A stretch of DNA of 32,000 nt from Pseudodesulfovibrio mercurii (GTDB taxonomy: Bacteria > Desulfobacterota > Desulfovibrionia > Desulfovibrionales > Desulfovibrionaceae), in contig NC_016803.1 of the NCBI RefSeq assembly GCF_000189295.2, forward strand, positions 990,001 to 1,022,000, in the 5' to 3' direction. The notes beneath the pieces are model-generated. The model made no database searches, was not told where the DNA came from, and saw only the letters and a list, made by a program, of their open reading frames with translations. The translations under genes and the position numbers were made by a program. Below are positions 1 to 8,020 of the stretch, in pieces (position 1 is the stretch's first letter; each line of letters opens with the position of its first letter).

Positions 1-193
1 GCCGGGCGAAGACGAGCTCGGCCACCTCCATGTCCAGGCCGGTCGGCTCCCCCGCATCGTTCAGGAACTGGTACGGCGGATAGCCGCGGGCCATGCCGCA
101 ATGGAACGGCGCATCCTGCGCCCGCACCACGAGGGGCGCCAGGACGAAGCACAGGCAACACGCCGAAATAACCAGGTGCATGATCCGCCTCAT
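1..193 (-). CDS. Periplasmic solute-binding protein (family-3, amino-acid ABC type), N-terminal fragment; the gene runs off the left edge
   Basis: ATG at 193 (plus-strand 'cat' 191-193). Translation is MRRIMHLVISACCLCFVLAPLVVRAQDAPFHCGMARGYPPYQFLNDAGEPTGLDMEVAELVFAR: a signal peptide followed by the opening segment typical of SBP_bac_3 proteins. It is absent from the ORF track because it is truncated. Confidence 0.5.
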   Translation of the reverse strand, partial: MRRIMHLVISACCLCFVLAPLVVRAQDAPFHCGMARGYPPYQFLNDAGEPTGLDMEVAELVFAR

Positions 194-394
194 CGCTTGT
201 CTCCCGGTGGCTCCTCCCGTCGCCCTGTCCCATGATATTTCCAGTGGATGCCGCAAGGTAACACACGATTCCCGGACCGGACCAGCCCTTTATTTTCGTC
301 CTTCCGGCCGACCCCGCCGCCATTTGTTGTAACCCGGAGGCGGTCCCGAGCGCTTATTTCATTGGAGGGGGCAACCTCAACCAAGGCGGCACCT

Positions 395-589
395 ATGTTC
401 GATCACAACGGGCGGGAGCCCATACTCAGCGAGACGGAGATCCGTTTTCTCCTGTCGGATACGGCGGTCGGCGCAAAGTCCATGCCGCGCCCGACGCGGG
501 ACAAGGGCAAGGGCAAGACCAAGGGGGTCCAACGGAAGCGGCTTGTCGAAATACTGTCCGCCGCGATCCGGGAATACCGACAGCCCTGA
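395..589 (+). CDS. Small hypothetical protein (64 aa, Lys/Arg-rich centre)
   Basis: Internal ATG of ORF 248..589 gives MFDHNGREPILSETEIRFLL...REYRQP. Third positions are G/C-rich like neighbouring genes, and a strong hairpin terminator follows. The GGAGG at 364-368 is rather far upstream, and I recognise no family. Confidence 0.35.
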   Translation: MFDHNGREPILSETEIRFLLSDTAVGAKSMPRPTRDKGKGKTKGVQRKRLVEILSAAIREYRQP

Positions 590-615
590 GCCGCACGCAC
601 GGCGCAAGGCGCAAC

Positions 616-650
616 AAAAAAGGCTTACGACGTTCGTCGTAAGCCTTTTT
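616..650. terminator. Bidirectional rho-independent terminator shared by the small ORF (+) and tRNA-Ser (-)
   Basis: A 10-bp stem AGGCTTACGA/TCGTAAGCCT (621-630 / 637-646) is flanked by an A-run (616-620) and a T-run (646-650). Confidence 0.75.
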
Positions 651-658
651 GCATTCGG

Positions 659-750
659 TGGCGGAGAGGAGAGGATTTGAACCTCCGTTGGAGTTCCCCC
701 CAAACACGCTTTCCAGGCGTGCTCCTTAAGCCGGACTCGGACACCTCTCC
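659..750 (-). tRNA. tRNA-Ser (anticodon GGA), long variable arm, encoded CCA
   Basis: The reverse complement reads GGAGAGGTGTCCGAGTCCGGCTTAAGGAGCACGCCTGGAAAGCGTGTTTGGGGGGAACTCCAACGGAGGTTCAAATCCTCTCCTCTCCGCCA. It has a 7-bp acceptor stem, anticodon loop CTGGAAA, T-loop GGTTCAAATCC, a long variable stem-loop and discriminator G plus CCA. Confidence 0.9.
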
Positions 751-812
751 GCAGCAGAGAGGGAGTAACTACCCAATATGGTGGGGCTTGGCAAGCAAAA
801 ATTTTCCCCTTT

Positions 813-1730
813 TCAAAGCGGGAGTTGCAGGCTTCCCCGGAACTCGTCCAAACCCTTCGCGCCGATCTCGGCGAGCAGCTTTTCCATCTCGTCGGCCAGG
901 CCGAAGGCGAAGTCCGGACGCAGGAAATTGGCGGTGCCGACCTGCACGGCCTGGGCCCCCACCAGGAGGAACTCCAGGGCGTCCTCGGCCGAACTGATGC
1001 CGCCGATGCCGACCACCGGAATGTCCACGGCGTGCACGACCTGATGCACGCAACGCAGGGCCACGGGCTTGATGGCCGGACCGGACAGGCCTGCGATGAC
1101 GTTGGCGATGCGCGGCCTGCGGTTGCGGATGTCCACGGCCATGCCGGACAGGGTGTTGATCAGCGAAAGCGAGTCCGCCCCGCCAGCCTCGGCGGCCCTG
1201 GCGCAGGTCGTGATGTCGGTCACGTTGGGCGAGAGCTTGACCATGACGGGCTTGTTCCCGGCATTCTTCTTGACCGCCTCGGTGACCCGGGTGATCTGGG
1301 CCGGGTCCTGGCCGAAGGCGACGCCGCCCTCCTTGACGTTGGGGCAGGAGACGTTGACCTCCAGCGCGGCCACGCCCTCCTCGCCCGCCAGCACTGCGGC
1401 CAGCTCGCCGAACTCGGCCGCGTCGCAGGCGTACAGGTTGGCGATCACGGCCACCTCCCGCCAGGGCAGGTTCGGCAGGGCCTTGGTCACGAAGTGCTCC
1501 ACGCCGGGGTTCTGGATGCCGATGGCGTTGAGCATGCCGCACGGCGTCTCGGCGATGCGCGGCATGGGGTTGCCCTCGCGCGGCTTGAGCGAGAGGCCCT
1601 TGGCCACGAGGCCGCCCAGCCGGGTCAGGTCGCCGTAGGGCGCGAATTCCAGGCCGAAGCCGAAGGTCCCGGATGCGGTCATGACCGGGTTCTTGAGGGA
1701 AAGACCGCCGAAATTTACGTGCATATCCAT
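813..1730 (-). CDS. pyrD: Dihydroorotate dehydrogenase, class 1B catalytic subunit
   Basis: 305 aa, MDMHVNFGGLSLKNPVMTASGTFGFG...NVSCPNV...GGI. This is the classic PyrD family-1 TIM-barrel sequence, located directly downstream of pyrK. Confidence 0.95.
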   Translation of the reverse strand: MDMHVNFGGLSLKNPVMTASGTFGFGLEFAPYGDLTRLGGLVAKGLSLKPREGNPMPRIAETPCGMLNAIGIQNPGVEHFVTKALPNLPWREVAVIANLYACDAAEFGELAAVLAGEEGVAALEVNVSCPNVKEGGVAFGQDPAQITRVTEAVKKNAGNKPVMVKLSPNVTDITTCARAAEAGGADSLSLINTLSGMAVDIRNRRPRIANVIAGLSGPAIKPVALRCVHQVVHAVDIPVVGIGGISSAEDALEFLLVGAQAVQVGTANFLRPDFAFGLADEMEKLLAEIGAKGLDEFRGSLQLPL

Positions 1731-1742
1731 GGTCGCGGCCTC

Positions 1743-2528
1743 CTACAGCTCGACGTTGTCGGCCCAGAACACCGGACCCTGCGTACACACCTGCACGTGG
1801 TGCCCCTCGCCGTTCCTGGTCACGCAGCCCAGGCACGCGCCCACGCCGCAGGCCATGCGGTTTTCCAGGGAGACCTGGGCCCTGACGCCGTACTCCCCGG
1901 CGAAGCGCTGGACCGTGCGCATGAACGGGGTGGGCCCGCAGGCCAGAACCAGCCCGCCCTTGTCCGCGTATTCCTCGATCAGCCCGCGCAGGGCCTCGAT
2001 GATGCAGTCCAGGTCCGACGGCTTGGCCTCGAGCATGCACCGGCAGTCCACGGCACGGGACAGGAGCGCGTAGGGGTAGCAGTCGAGGGGCAGCCGGTGG
2101 GCCAAAAACAGGGCCAGATTGCCGGGCTGCGGATGTTGCTCGACATATCCGCGAAAAGGTGCGATGCCGATGCCCCCGGCGAGCAACAGGGTCGGCGTGT
2201 CCGGCTCCACGGCAAAATAATTGCCCAGCGGACCCCACATGGCCACGCTGTCGCCGGGCTTGAGCGCCGCGATGCGCCTGGTGCCGCGCCCGACGGCCTG
2301 GATGAACAGGGTCACGGACGCATCATCCCCGGAACACAGGGAAAAAGGCCGTCCCCAGAGCATGTCGAGCTCCCAGGCGGAGGGCCGGATCATGACGAAC
2401 TGGCCGGGTTTCCAGCCGTCCCAATCCGGGCGTTCCAGGGTCAGCTCGAAGAATTCCCCCGCCGTTTTTGATTGACCGACCGGGGAAACTTTCAATACCT
2501 TGACACTGCTGCAATTCCTCAAGGACAT
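1743..2528 (-). CDS. pyrK: Dihydroorotate dehydrogenase electron-transfer subunit (FAD / 2Fe-2S)
   Basis: 261 aa with a ferredoxin-reductase-like fold and C-terminal cluster motif RMACGVGACLGCV...VCTQGPVF. Only a 12-bp gap separates it from pyrD. Confidence 0.9.
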   Translation of the reverse strand: MSLRNCSSVKVLKVSPVGQSKTAGEFFELTLERPDWDGWKPGQFVMIRPSAWELDMLWGRPFSLCSGDDASVTLFIQAVGRGTRRIAALKPGDSVAMWGPLGNYFAVEPDTPTLLLAGGIGIAPFRGYVEQHPQPGNLALFLAHRLPLDCYPYALLSRAVDCRCMLEAKPSDLDCIIEALRGLIEEYADKGGLVLACGPTPFMRTVQRFAGEYGVRAQVSLENRMACGVGACLGCVTRNGEGHHVQVCTQGPVFWADNVEL

Positions 2529-2539
2529 ACAGATACCTT

Positions 2540-4558
2540 ATGAGCACTATACATACACCGGAAATCATGGCCCCCGCCGGGGACGGAAACGCCTTTCTGG
2601 CGGCCGTCGCGGCCGGGGCGGACGCGGTCTACGTGGGGTTGAAACACTTCTCGGCCCGCATGCAGGCCCAGAACTTCTCTATCAGCGAGCTGGCACGGCT
2701 GGCAAGCCTGGGCCGGGATCGCGGCACCAAGACCTACGTGGCCATGAACACCCTGGTCAAGCCCAATGACGTGGAGGCGGCCGGGCGGCTCATCGACCGT
2801 TTGCAGCGCAACGTCAAGCCCTACGCCCTGATCGTCCAGGACCTGGCCATGCTGACCCTGGCCAAACAGGCGGGGTTCACGGGCGAACTGCACCTGTCCA
2901 CCCTGGCCAACCTGACCCACCCGGACGGCCTGGCCGTGGCCAGGAAGCTCGGGGCCTCCCGCGTGGTCCTGCCCCGCGAGCTGAACCTGGACGAGGTCAA
3001 GCTCATGGCCGACGCCTGCCCCAAGGACCTGGACCTCGAAATCTTCGTCCACGGCGCGCTCTGCCACTGCGTGTCCGGACGCTGCTACTGGTCCAGCTAC
3101 CTGGGCGGCAAGTCCGGCCTGCGCGGCCGTTGCGTACAGCCCTGCCGCCGCCTGTACACCAAGGGCAAGGATCAGCCCGAACGGCTCTTCTCCTGCTCGG
3201 ACCTCTCCCTGGACGTGCTGACCAAGCCCCTGCTGTCCATGGAGCGAGTGGCCGCCTGGAAGATCGAGGGCCGCAAAAAAGGGCCGCACTACGTCTACTA
3301 CACGGTTCGGGCGTACCAGATGCTGCGCGACAACCCGTCGGACGGCCAGGCCAAGAAGACCGCCATGGAACTGCTCGACCAGGCCCTGGGGCGGCCCTCC
3401 AGCCACTCCGTGTTCCTGCCCCAGCGCGCCTTCCAGCCGGTCCAGCCCAAGGAGGAGACCAGCTCCGGACGGCTCATCGGCGAGATCCGGCGGGATCAGA
3501 AAAAGCTTTTCTTCGAGCCGCGCGAACAACTCGAACCCGGCGACCTGGTGCGCGTGGGCTACGAGGACCAGCCCGGCCACCGGACCATCCCCATCCGCCG
3601 CCGCGTGCCCAAACGCGGACGCATGGACATCCCCTTTTCCAAGGGCCAGACCGGCCCCGCCCTGCCCACGGGCACCAAGGTATTTCTCGTGGACCGGCGC
3701 GAGCCCGAGTTGATGAAGCGGATCAAGGAACTGGAGAAGGAACTCGACTTCTTCCCGGCCCCGGAGCCCAAGGAGTCCACCTTCACCCCGACCTGGCCCC
3801 AGGCCGCCCCGCGCAGCAAGGGGAAATCCCGGTCCAAGGGCGGCCCCCGGCCCGTCTCCCGGTCCGAGTCCGTGACCCTGTTCCGTCAGCCGCCCTCGGG
3901 CAAGCTCTGGGACCGGCCCGGCTACTGGCTTGAGCGGTCGGTCCTGGGCAAGGTGCCCACCGGGATCGCCTCCCGGGCCCAGTGGTGGCTGCCCCCGGTC
4001 ATCTGGCCCGGCGAGGACAAGAAGTACCGTTCGCTGATCAAGGAGGCCGTGCGCAAGGGCGCGCGCGACTTCGTGCTCAACGCCCCGTGGCAGGTCGCCT
4101 ACTTCGAGGATCGGCCCAACACGACCCTGATCGCGGGTCCGTTCTGCAACACGGCCAACAAGTTTGCCCTGGACGTGTTGCGCCAACTCGGCTTTTCCAG
4201 CGCCATCATCAACCCGGAGCTGCCCCTGGAGGACCTCCAGGTCCTGGCCCAGAACCCGCCCCTGCCGCTCGGCTTCGTCATCAAGGGCATGTGGCCCTTC
4301 GCCATCTCCCGGTTCCTGGCCGACTCCGTGCCCTTTGACGAGCCCATCAAGAGCCCCATGAACGAGGTCGCCTTTGTCCGCAAGTACGGCCAGAACAACT
4401 GGATATTCCCCGGCTGGGAAGTGGACCTGACCAAGGAGATCCGCACCCTGGAACGGCTCGGCTACAAGACCTTCGTGACCATGCTCGAACCCTGGCCGCG
4501 CAACGTCCCCCGCCCCACCCGGACCAGCGAGTTCAACTGGCGGCTGAAGCTGCTGTAA
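2540..4558 (+). CDS. U32-family protein (collagenase-like 'peptidase U32' / Fe-S hydroxylase family) with a second degenerate U32-like module
   Basis: 672 aa. N-terminus PEIMAPAGD..GADAVYVGL, and U32 Cys signature HGALCHCVSGRCYWSSYLGGKSGLRGRCVQPCRR. Residues ~530-570 (LIAGPFCNTANKFALDVLRQLGFSSAIINPELPLEDLQVLA) repeat the pattern of residues 117-157 (LHLSTLANLTHPDGLAVARKLGASRVVLPRELNLDEVKLMA). Confidence 0.85.
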   Translation: MSTIHTPEIMAPAGDGNAFLAAVAAGADAVYVGLKHFSARMQAQNFSISELARLASLGRDRGTKTYVAMNTLVKPNDVEAAGRLIDRLQRNVKPYALIVQDLAMLTLAKQAGFTGELHLSTLANLTHPDGLAVARKLGASRVVLPRELNLDEVKLMADACPKDLDLEIFVHGALCHCVSGRCYWSSYLGGKSGLRGRCVQPCRRLYTKGKDQPERLFSCSDLSLDVLTKPLLSMERVAAWKIEGRKKGPHYVYYTVRAYQMLRDNPSDGQAKKTAMELLDQALGRPSSHSVFLPQRAFQPVQPKEETSSGRLIGEIRRDQKKLFFEPREQLEPGDLVRVGYEDQPGHRTIPIRRRVPKRGRMDIPFSKGQTGPALPTGTKVFLVDRREPELMKRIKELEKELDFFPAPEPKESTFTPTWPQAAPRSKGKSRSKGGPRPVSRSESVTLFRQPPSGKLWDRPGYWLERSVLGKVPTGIASRAQWWLPPVIWPGEDKKYRSLIKEAVRKGARDFVLNAPWQVAYFEDRPNTTLIAGPFCNTANKFALDVLRQLGFSSAIINPELPLEDLQVLAQNPPLPLGFVIKGMWPFAISRFLADSVPFDEPIKSPMNEVAFVRKYGQNNWIFPGWEVDLTKEIRTLERLGYKTFVTMLEPWPRNVPRPTRTSEFNWRLKLL

Positions 4559-4610
4559 GGGCAAGGGAAAAGGTCCCGCCCTCGGCGGAGTGCATGCATT
4601 TGATTGAGAG

Positions 4611-4639
4611 GGGCGGCCGCAACGGCCGCCCTTTCTATT
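4611..4639 (+). terminator. Rho-independent terminator of the U32 gene; overlaps the MCP stop codon
   Basis: Stem GGGCGGCCG (4611-4619) / CGGCCGCCC (4623-4631), loop CAA, followed by TTTCTATT. Confidence 0.6.
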
Positions 4640-6650
4640 GCACGGGGCCCGACTGGCGGCCCGCGGCCCCGTCCCCGCCGGACGGCCCGTCGCCGCCCAG
4701 GGTGCCGATGATCGTTTGCAGGGTCTGGGCCATGGCGGCCAGACCGGCGATGGCCGAGGCCGACTCCTGGACCTCCTCGGCCGTGGTCGAGACCAGCCGG
4801 CTGACGTCCAGCACTGCGCCGCTCATCTGTTCCGTGGCCACGGACTGCTGCCGGGCCGCGATGGCGATGCCCTCGATGCGATCGGCCACGTTGGCCGAAA
4901 ACTCCTGAATCTTCCTGAACGCGCCCACGGAATTGCCGACCTCCCCGTTGGCCTCGGCCACGTGGGACAGGGTCTCCTGCACGTCGCGGATGTTGCGGCC
5001 CGTGGCCGCCTGGATGGCCGTGATGCGCTCCTCGACCTCGGTGGTGGCGACCATGGTCTTCTCGGCCAGCTTGCGCACCTCGTCGGCCACCACGGCGAAT
5101 CCCCGGCCCGCATCGCCCGCCCGGGCGGCCTCGATGGCCGCGTTCAGGGCGAGCAGGTTGGTCTGGTCCGCGATCTCGTTGATCACGCCGATGACCTGGC
5201 CGATGGACTCTGTGTCCGCGCCCAGGCGGGTCATGCCCTCCTCCAGCACGGAGACCGTCCCGGCCACTTCGGACATGGCCCGTTCGGCCCGCTGGACCAC
5301 CAGGATGCCCTGACTGGCCTCGGTGCTGGCCTCGCCCGCCATGTCCGAGGCGTCGCCCACGTTCAGGGCCACCTCGTTGACCGTGGCGTGCATCTCCTCC
5401 ATGGCCGCGGCCGACTCGGACATGCGCTCCTGCTGCGTGACCGCGCTCCCGGCGATCTTCCCGGTGCGGCCCTCAAGGTCATGCGACACCGAGGCCAGCT
5501 TCCGGGCCACCTCGTCGGCCCGCCCGGCGGCCTCGGCCATGCGCGTAATCAGGGCCTGGACGTGCTCCTGCCGGTCCAGGGCCTCGTCCCGCGCCCGGCC
5601 CGCCGCCTCGGCCTGGACGCGCGCGTCCTCGCCCTTGGTCCTGGCCTCGCCGATGACGGCGCGGAGATTGGCGACCATGTTCACCAGCACGTCCCGCAGC
5701 TCGCCCAGCTCGGCCGTGAAATCGCCCTCGGGCTGCGCGTCCAGGTCGCCCCCGGCCACGGCCCCGGCATAGATGTTGAGGCGCCGGAGGGGTCGGTTGA
5801 TGGAGCGCATGATCCACAGGAGCAGGAGCAGGATGGACACGCCCACGGCCAGCTCCACGCCGATGACGCAGTAGTCGATCAGACGGGCTTCGTCCCGGGA
5901 CTTCTCCGCGCTGCTCTGCGCGATCCCGGCGTAGACCGGCTCCAGTGCGCGGGCCGCCTCAATGAGTCCGGCGGTGATGGCGGCGATGCGCTTTTCGCTG
6001 GCCACATAGTTGTTGAAGGCGTCGAGATAGCCCTGGAGGGCCTTGAGCTGACCGGCGGCCTCCTCCGGGGTGTAGGCGTCGGCGAGCATGGCGCGCAGTT
6101 CGCTGGCGCCCGAGGCCACGCGGCCCACGTACTGCTCGTCGCCCCGGATGATGTAGTTCTTCTCGTGCCGCCGCATCTGGAGCAGCTTGATGACGAAGGC
6201 GGGGGACAGCTCCCGCTTGGCGAACTCGGCCTCCATGTTGCGGGCAGCCTGGATGAACTCCCAGCGCAGCCCGTCCTTCATGGTCAGCCCCATGGCCACA
6301 TAGAGATCGTTCACCCTGACCAACGCGGTGCGGTACCGCTTGAGGATGTCCTGGGCCTCCCGGCAGCGGGCGGTCAGTGCAGGCTCGATGCGGGCGATCT
6401 CCCCCAGGACCTGCCCGGCCTTGTCCGCATCCGCCAGGGCCAGACGGGTGCATTGCTCATCCTTGCGCAACAGAAAGTTCTTTTCCTGCCGCCGCGCTTG
6501 CAGGAACAGGGCCGTGCCGTCGTTGGCCAGCGTGGCCAGCCGGCGGGTCCTGACCACGTATTTCCCGCCCACGAAATTCACGGTGAAGATGCCGCCCAGC
6601 CCCAGCAGCACGGACACGAAAATCAGAATCAACTTGCTCTTGATGCTCAT
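4635..6650 (-). CDS. Methyl-accepting chemotaxis protein with a bimodular helical periplasmic sensor, HAMP and MA domains
   Basis: Start chosen at the [20 protein letters not shown] signal/TM segment (ATG at 6650). A second TM ([19 protein letters not shown]) is followed by HAMP. The conserved signalling hairpin is [38 protein letters not shown]. Confidence 0.9.
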   Translation of the reverse strand: MSIKSKLILIFVSVLLGLGGIFTVNFVGGKYVVRTRRLATLANDGTALFLQARRQEKNFLLRKDEQCTRLALADADKAGQVLGEIARIEPALTARCREAQDILKRYRTALVRVNDLYVAMGLTMKDGLRWEFIQAARNMEAEFAKRELSPAFVIKLLQMRRHEKNYIIRGDEQYVGRVASGASELRAMLADAYTPEEAAGQLKALQGYLDAFNNYVASEKRIAAITAGLIEAARALEPVYAGIAQSSAEKSRDEARLIDYCVIGVELAVGVSILLLLLWIMRSINRPLRRLNIYAGAVAGGDLDAQPEGDFTAELGELRDVLVNMVANLRAVIGEARTKGEDARVQAEAAGRARDEALDRQEHVQALITRMAEAAGRADEVARKLASVSHDLEGRTGKIAGSAVTQQERMSESAAAMEEMHATVNEVALNVGDASDMAGEASTEASQGILVVQRAERAMSEVAGTVSVLEEGMTRLGADTESIGQVIGVINEIADQTNLLALNAAIEAARAGDAGRGFAVVADEVRKLAEKTMVATTEVEERITAIQAATGRNIRDVQETLSHVAEANGEVGNSVGAFRKIQEFSANVADRIEGIAIAARQQSVATEQMSGAVLDVSRLVSTTAEEVQESASAIAGLAAMAQTLQTIIGTLGGDGPSGGDGAAGRQSGPVQ

Positions 6651-6800
6651 GAATGCCCCCTGATGAAAAAACAGCTTTGCCAAAAGCCGCTTTTCTGCAA
6701 AAGGCGTGCACACTAATCATCACAGCATTTCAAGATGTTAATACCGCAACATCGCGCAAAATACCCCTTGCGCGACCATCCAAACGGCAAAAGACGACCC

Positions 6801-6873
6801 ACCCCGCGAAGCGGCGCCAAAAAGTTTAGGAGGGAAAGGAGGATGGGGGGGGCCGGGGGAAGGAGGCCGTCCC
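6801..6873 (+). repeat. Intergenic repeat family, copy A (head half only), ending at the MIF stop codon
   Basis: The first 31 nt, ACCCCGCGAAGCGGCGCCAAAAAGTTTAGGA, are identical to the reverse complement of 19459-19489. It continues G-rich (GGGAAAGGAGGATGGGGGGGGCCGGGGGAAGGAGG) but lacks the central palindrome and the CCGGAGGCAT tail. Confidence 0.7.
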
Positions 6874-7212
6874 TTAGAACGTCCCGCCGTCCCAGCCGAA
6901 GAGATGGCGTTCGATGTCGCCGAAGGCGATGTACACGCGGTCGGCCGGGATGCCCAGTTCGCGGTTCAGGAAGCCGCACAGGGCGGCGGACAGTTCCGGG
7001 GTGCGCGTCTCGGGCAGGCCGATGGAGTCCAGGGTGACGAAGGCCGCCGGGTCGGCGGAGCCGCCGAACAGGAGGCGCTTGCCGGATTCGAGTTCGGCCA
7101 GGACGTAGGATTCGGGCTTGCCGAGCAACTCGGCGGCCAGGGCCGAGAGCTTCCGGAGGCAACCGGACTCGTCGGGCACCGTGACGTTGGTTTCGACTTT
7201 TATGAACGGCAT
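6874..7212 (-). CDS. MIF-family tautomerase (macrophage migration inhibitory factor / phenylpyruvate tautomerase-like)
   Basis: 112 aa, MPFIKVETNV...LLGKPESYV...LLFGGSADPAAFVTLDSIG...LCGFLNRELGIPADRVYIAF...FGWDGGTF. It aligns along its full length with human MIF as I remember it (MPMFIVNTNV...GKPPQYI...FGGSSEP...LHSIG...[20 protein letters not shown]...VGWNNSTF). Pro immediately after Met is conserved. AGGAGG lies 5 nt upstream of the ATG. Confidence 0.85.
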   Translation of the reverse strand: MPFIKVETNVTVPDESGCLRKLSALAAELLGKPESYVLAELESGKRLLFGGSADPAAFVTLDSIGLPETRTPELSAALCGFLNRELGIPADRVYIAFGDIERHLFGWDGGTF

Positions 7213-7220
7213 GGGACCTC

Positions 7221-8003
7221 CTAGAGGTGGATGGTTCCGGTCATGTAGGTCACGGCCCGGCCCGCGATCTTGACGCGGTCGCCGAGGTATTCACAGTACA
7301 GGGAGCCGCCGCGCCGCGAGGCCTGGTAGGAATGGAACGTGGACTTGCCCAGGCGGTCCGCCCAGTAGGGGACCAGGGTGCAGTGTGCCGAGCCGGTGAC
7401 CGGGTCCTCGGGGATGGAGTCGCCGGTGACGAAGACGCGGGACACGAAGTCGTGGTCCAGGCCGGGCGCGGTGCAGATGAGGCACAGCCCGTCCAGGGCC
7501 GAGACCTGGCGGAAGTCCGGGGCGAGCGCCCGGATCTGGTCCTCGGTCTCGAACACGGCCATCATGTCGCGTTTGCCCATGTACAGTTCGGCGGGCCGTG
7601 CCCCCAGGGCCGAGGCCACGCGCTCGGTGACCTGGATGCGGGAGCAGGACCAGGCCGGGAAATCCATGGAATAGAAGTTGTCCTCGCGGTCCACGAAGAG
7701 CCGCCCGCTCTTGGTCTGGAAGACCACCACAGGGTCGGTGTAATCCAGGTGGTGGTAGAGGACGTGGGCGCTGGCCAGGGTGGCGTGGCCGCACAGGTCG
7801 ATCTCCATCTCCGGGGTGAACCAGCGCAGCTCGAAGTACTCGCCCTTGCGCACGAAGAAGGCGGTCTCGGCCAGGTTGTTCTCCAGGGCGATGTGCTTCA
7901 TCAGCTCATCGGACGGCCACTCGTAAAGGGGCACCACCGCGGCCGGATTGCCGGTGAAGACCTCGTCCGCGAACGCGTCCACCTGGTAGAGATCGAGTTC
8001 CAT
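7221..8003 (-). CDS. PhzF-family isomerase (phenazine biosynthesis-like protein)
   Basis: 260 aa from MELDLYQVDAFADEVFTGNPAAVV...NLAETAFF...CGHATLA...DPVTGSAHC, the hallmark PhzF/YddE motifs. GGAGGG lies 5 nt upstream of the ATG at 8003. The longer track ORF (to 8837) overlaps PBP1A in another frame. Confidence 0.9.
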   Translation of the reverse strand: MELDLYQVDAFADEVFTGNPAAVVPLYEWPSDELMKHIALENNLAETAFFVRKGEYFELRWFTPEMEIDLCGHATLASAHVLYHHLDYTDPVVVFQTKSGRLFVDREDNFYSMDFPAWSCSRIQVTERVASALGARPAELYMGKRDMMAVFETEDQIRALAPDFRQVSALDGLCLICTAPGLDHDFVSRVFVTGDSIPEDPVTGSAHCTLVPYWADRLGKSTFHSYQASRRGGSLYCEYLGDRVKIAGRAVTYMTGTIHL

Positions 8004-8020
8004 GACGCCCTCCGAAGTGC

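Noticed and set aside
781-830. A possible fifth, degenerate repeat copy near the pyrD stop (GCAAGCAAAAATTTTCCCCTTTTCAAAGCGGGAG).
   Set aside because: It shares only the A-run and the TTTTCAAAG centre. It has no head hairpin and no tail, and it overlaps the pyrD coding end. The match is too weak to call without genome-wide copies.
769-2238. Out-of-frame Arg/Gly/Pro-rich ORFs overlapping real genes on the same strand, for example 769..2238(-), 3130..3933(+), 9603..10376(-), 15171..16283(-), 20297..21301(-), 25636..26688(-), 26782..27858(-), 30524..31408(-).
   Set aside because: These are typical high-GC alternative-frame artefacts. The overlapping frame encodes a clearly identifiable protein (PyrD/PyrK, U32, PBP1A, CarB, MetG, ComEC or SelB), and the products are compositionally aberrant.
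825-2471. Long antisense ORFs that mirror real genes: 825..2471(+), 2519..4564(-), 4638..6716(+), 8030..10396(+), 17485..18441(-), 19660..21219(+), 25326..27971(+), 28344..29603(+), 29625..30539(+).
   Set aside because: Each is in codon register with a well-supported gene on the other strand. Each stays open only because TTA, CTA and TCA codons are avoided in this high-GC genome. The translations are Gly/Arg/Ala/His-rich low-complexity sequences with no recognisable family.
6651-6800. A sigma-28 or sigma-54 promoter upstream of the chemoreceptor gene (TGGCAAAGCTGTTTTT on the minus strand).
   Set aside because: The -12 GC is replaced by TT at the required spacing. No TAAA-N15-GCCGATAA element is present. 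No promoter could be supported from the sequence.
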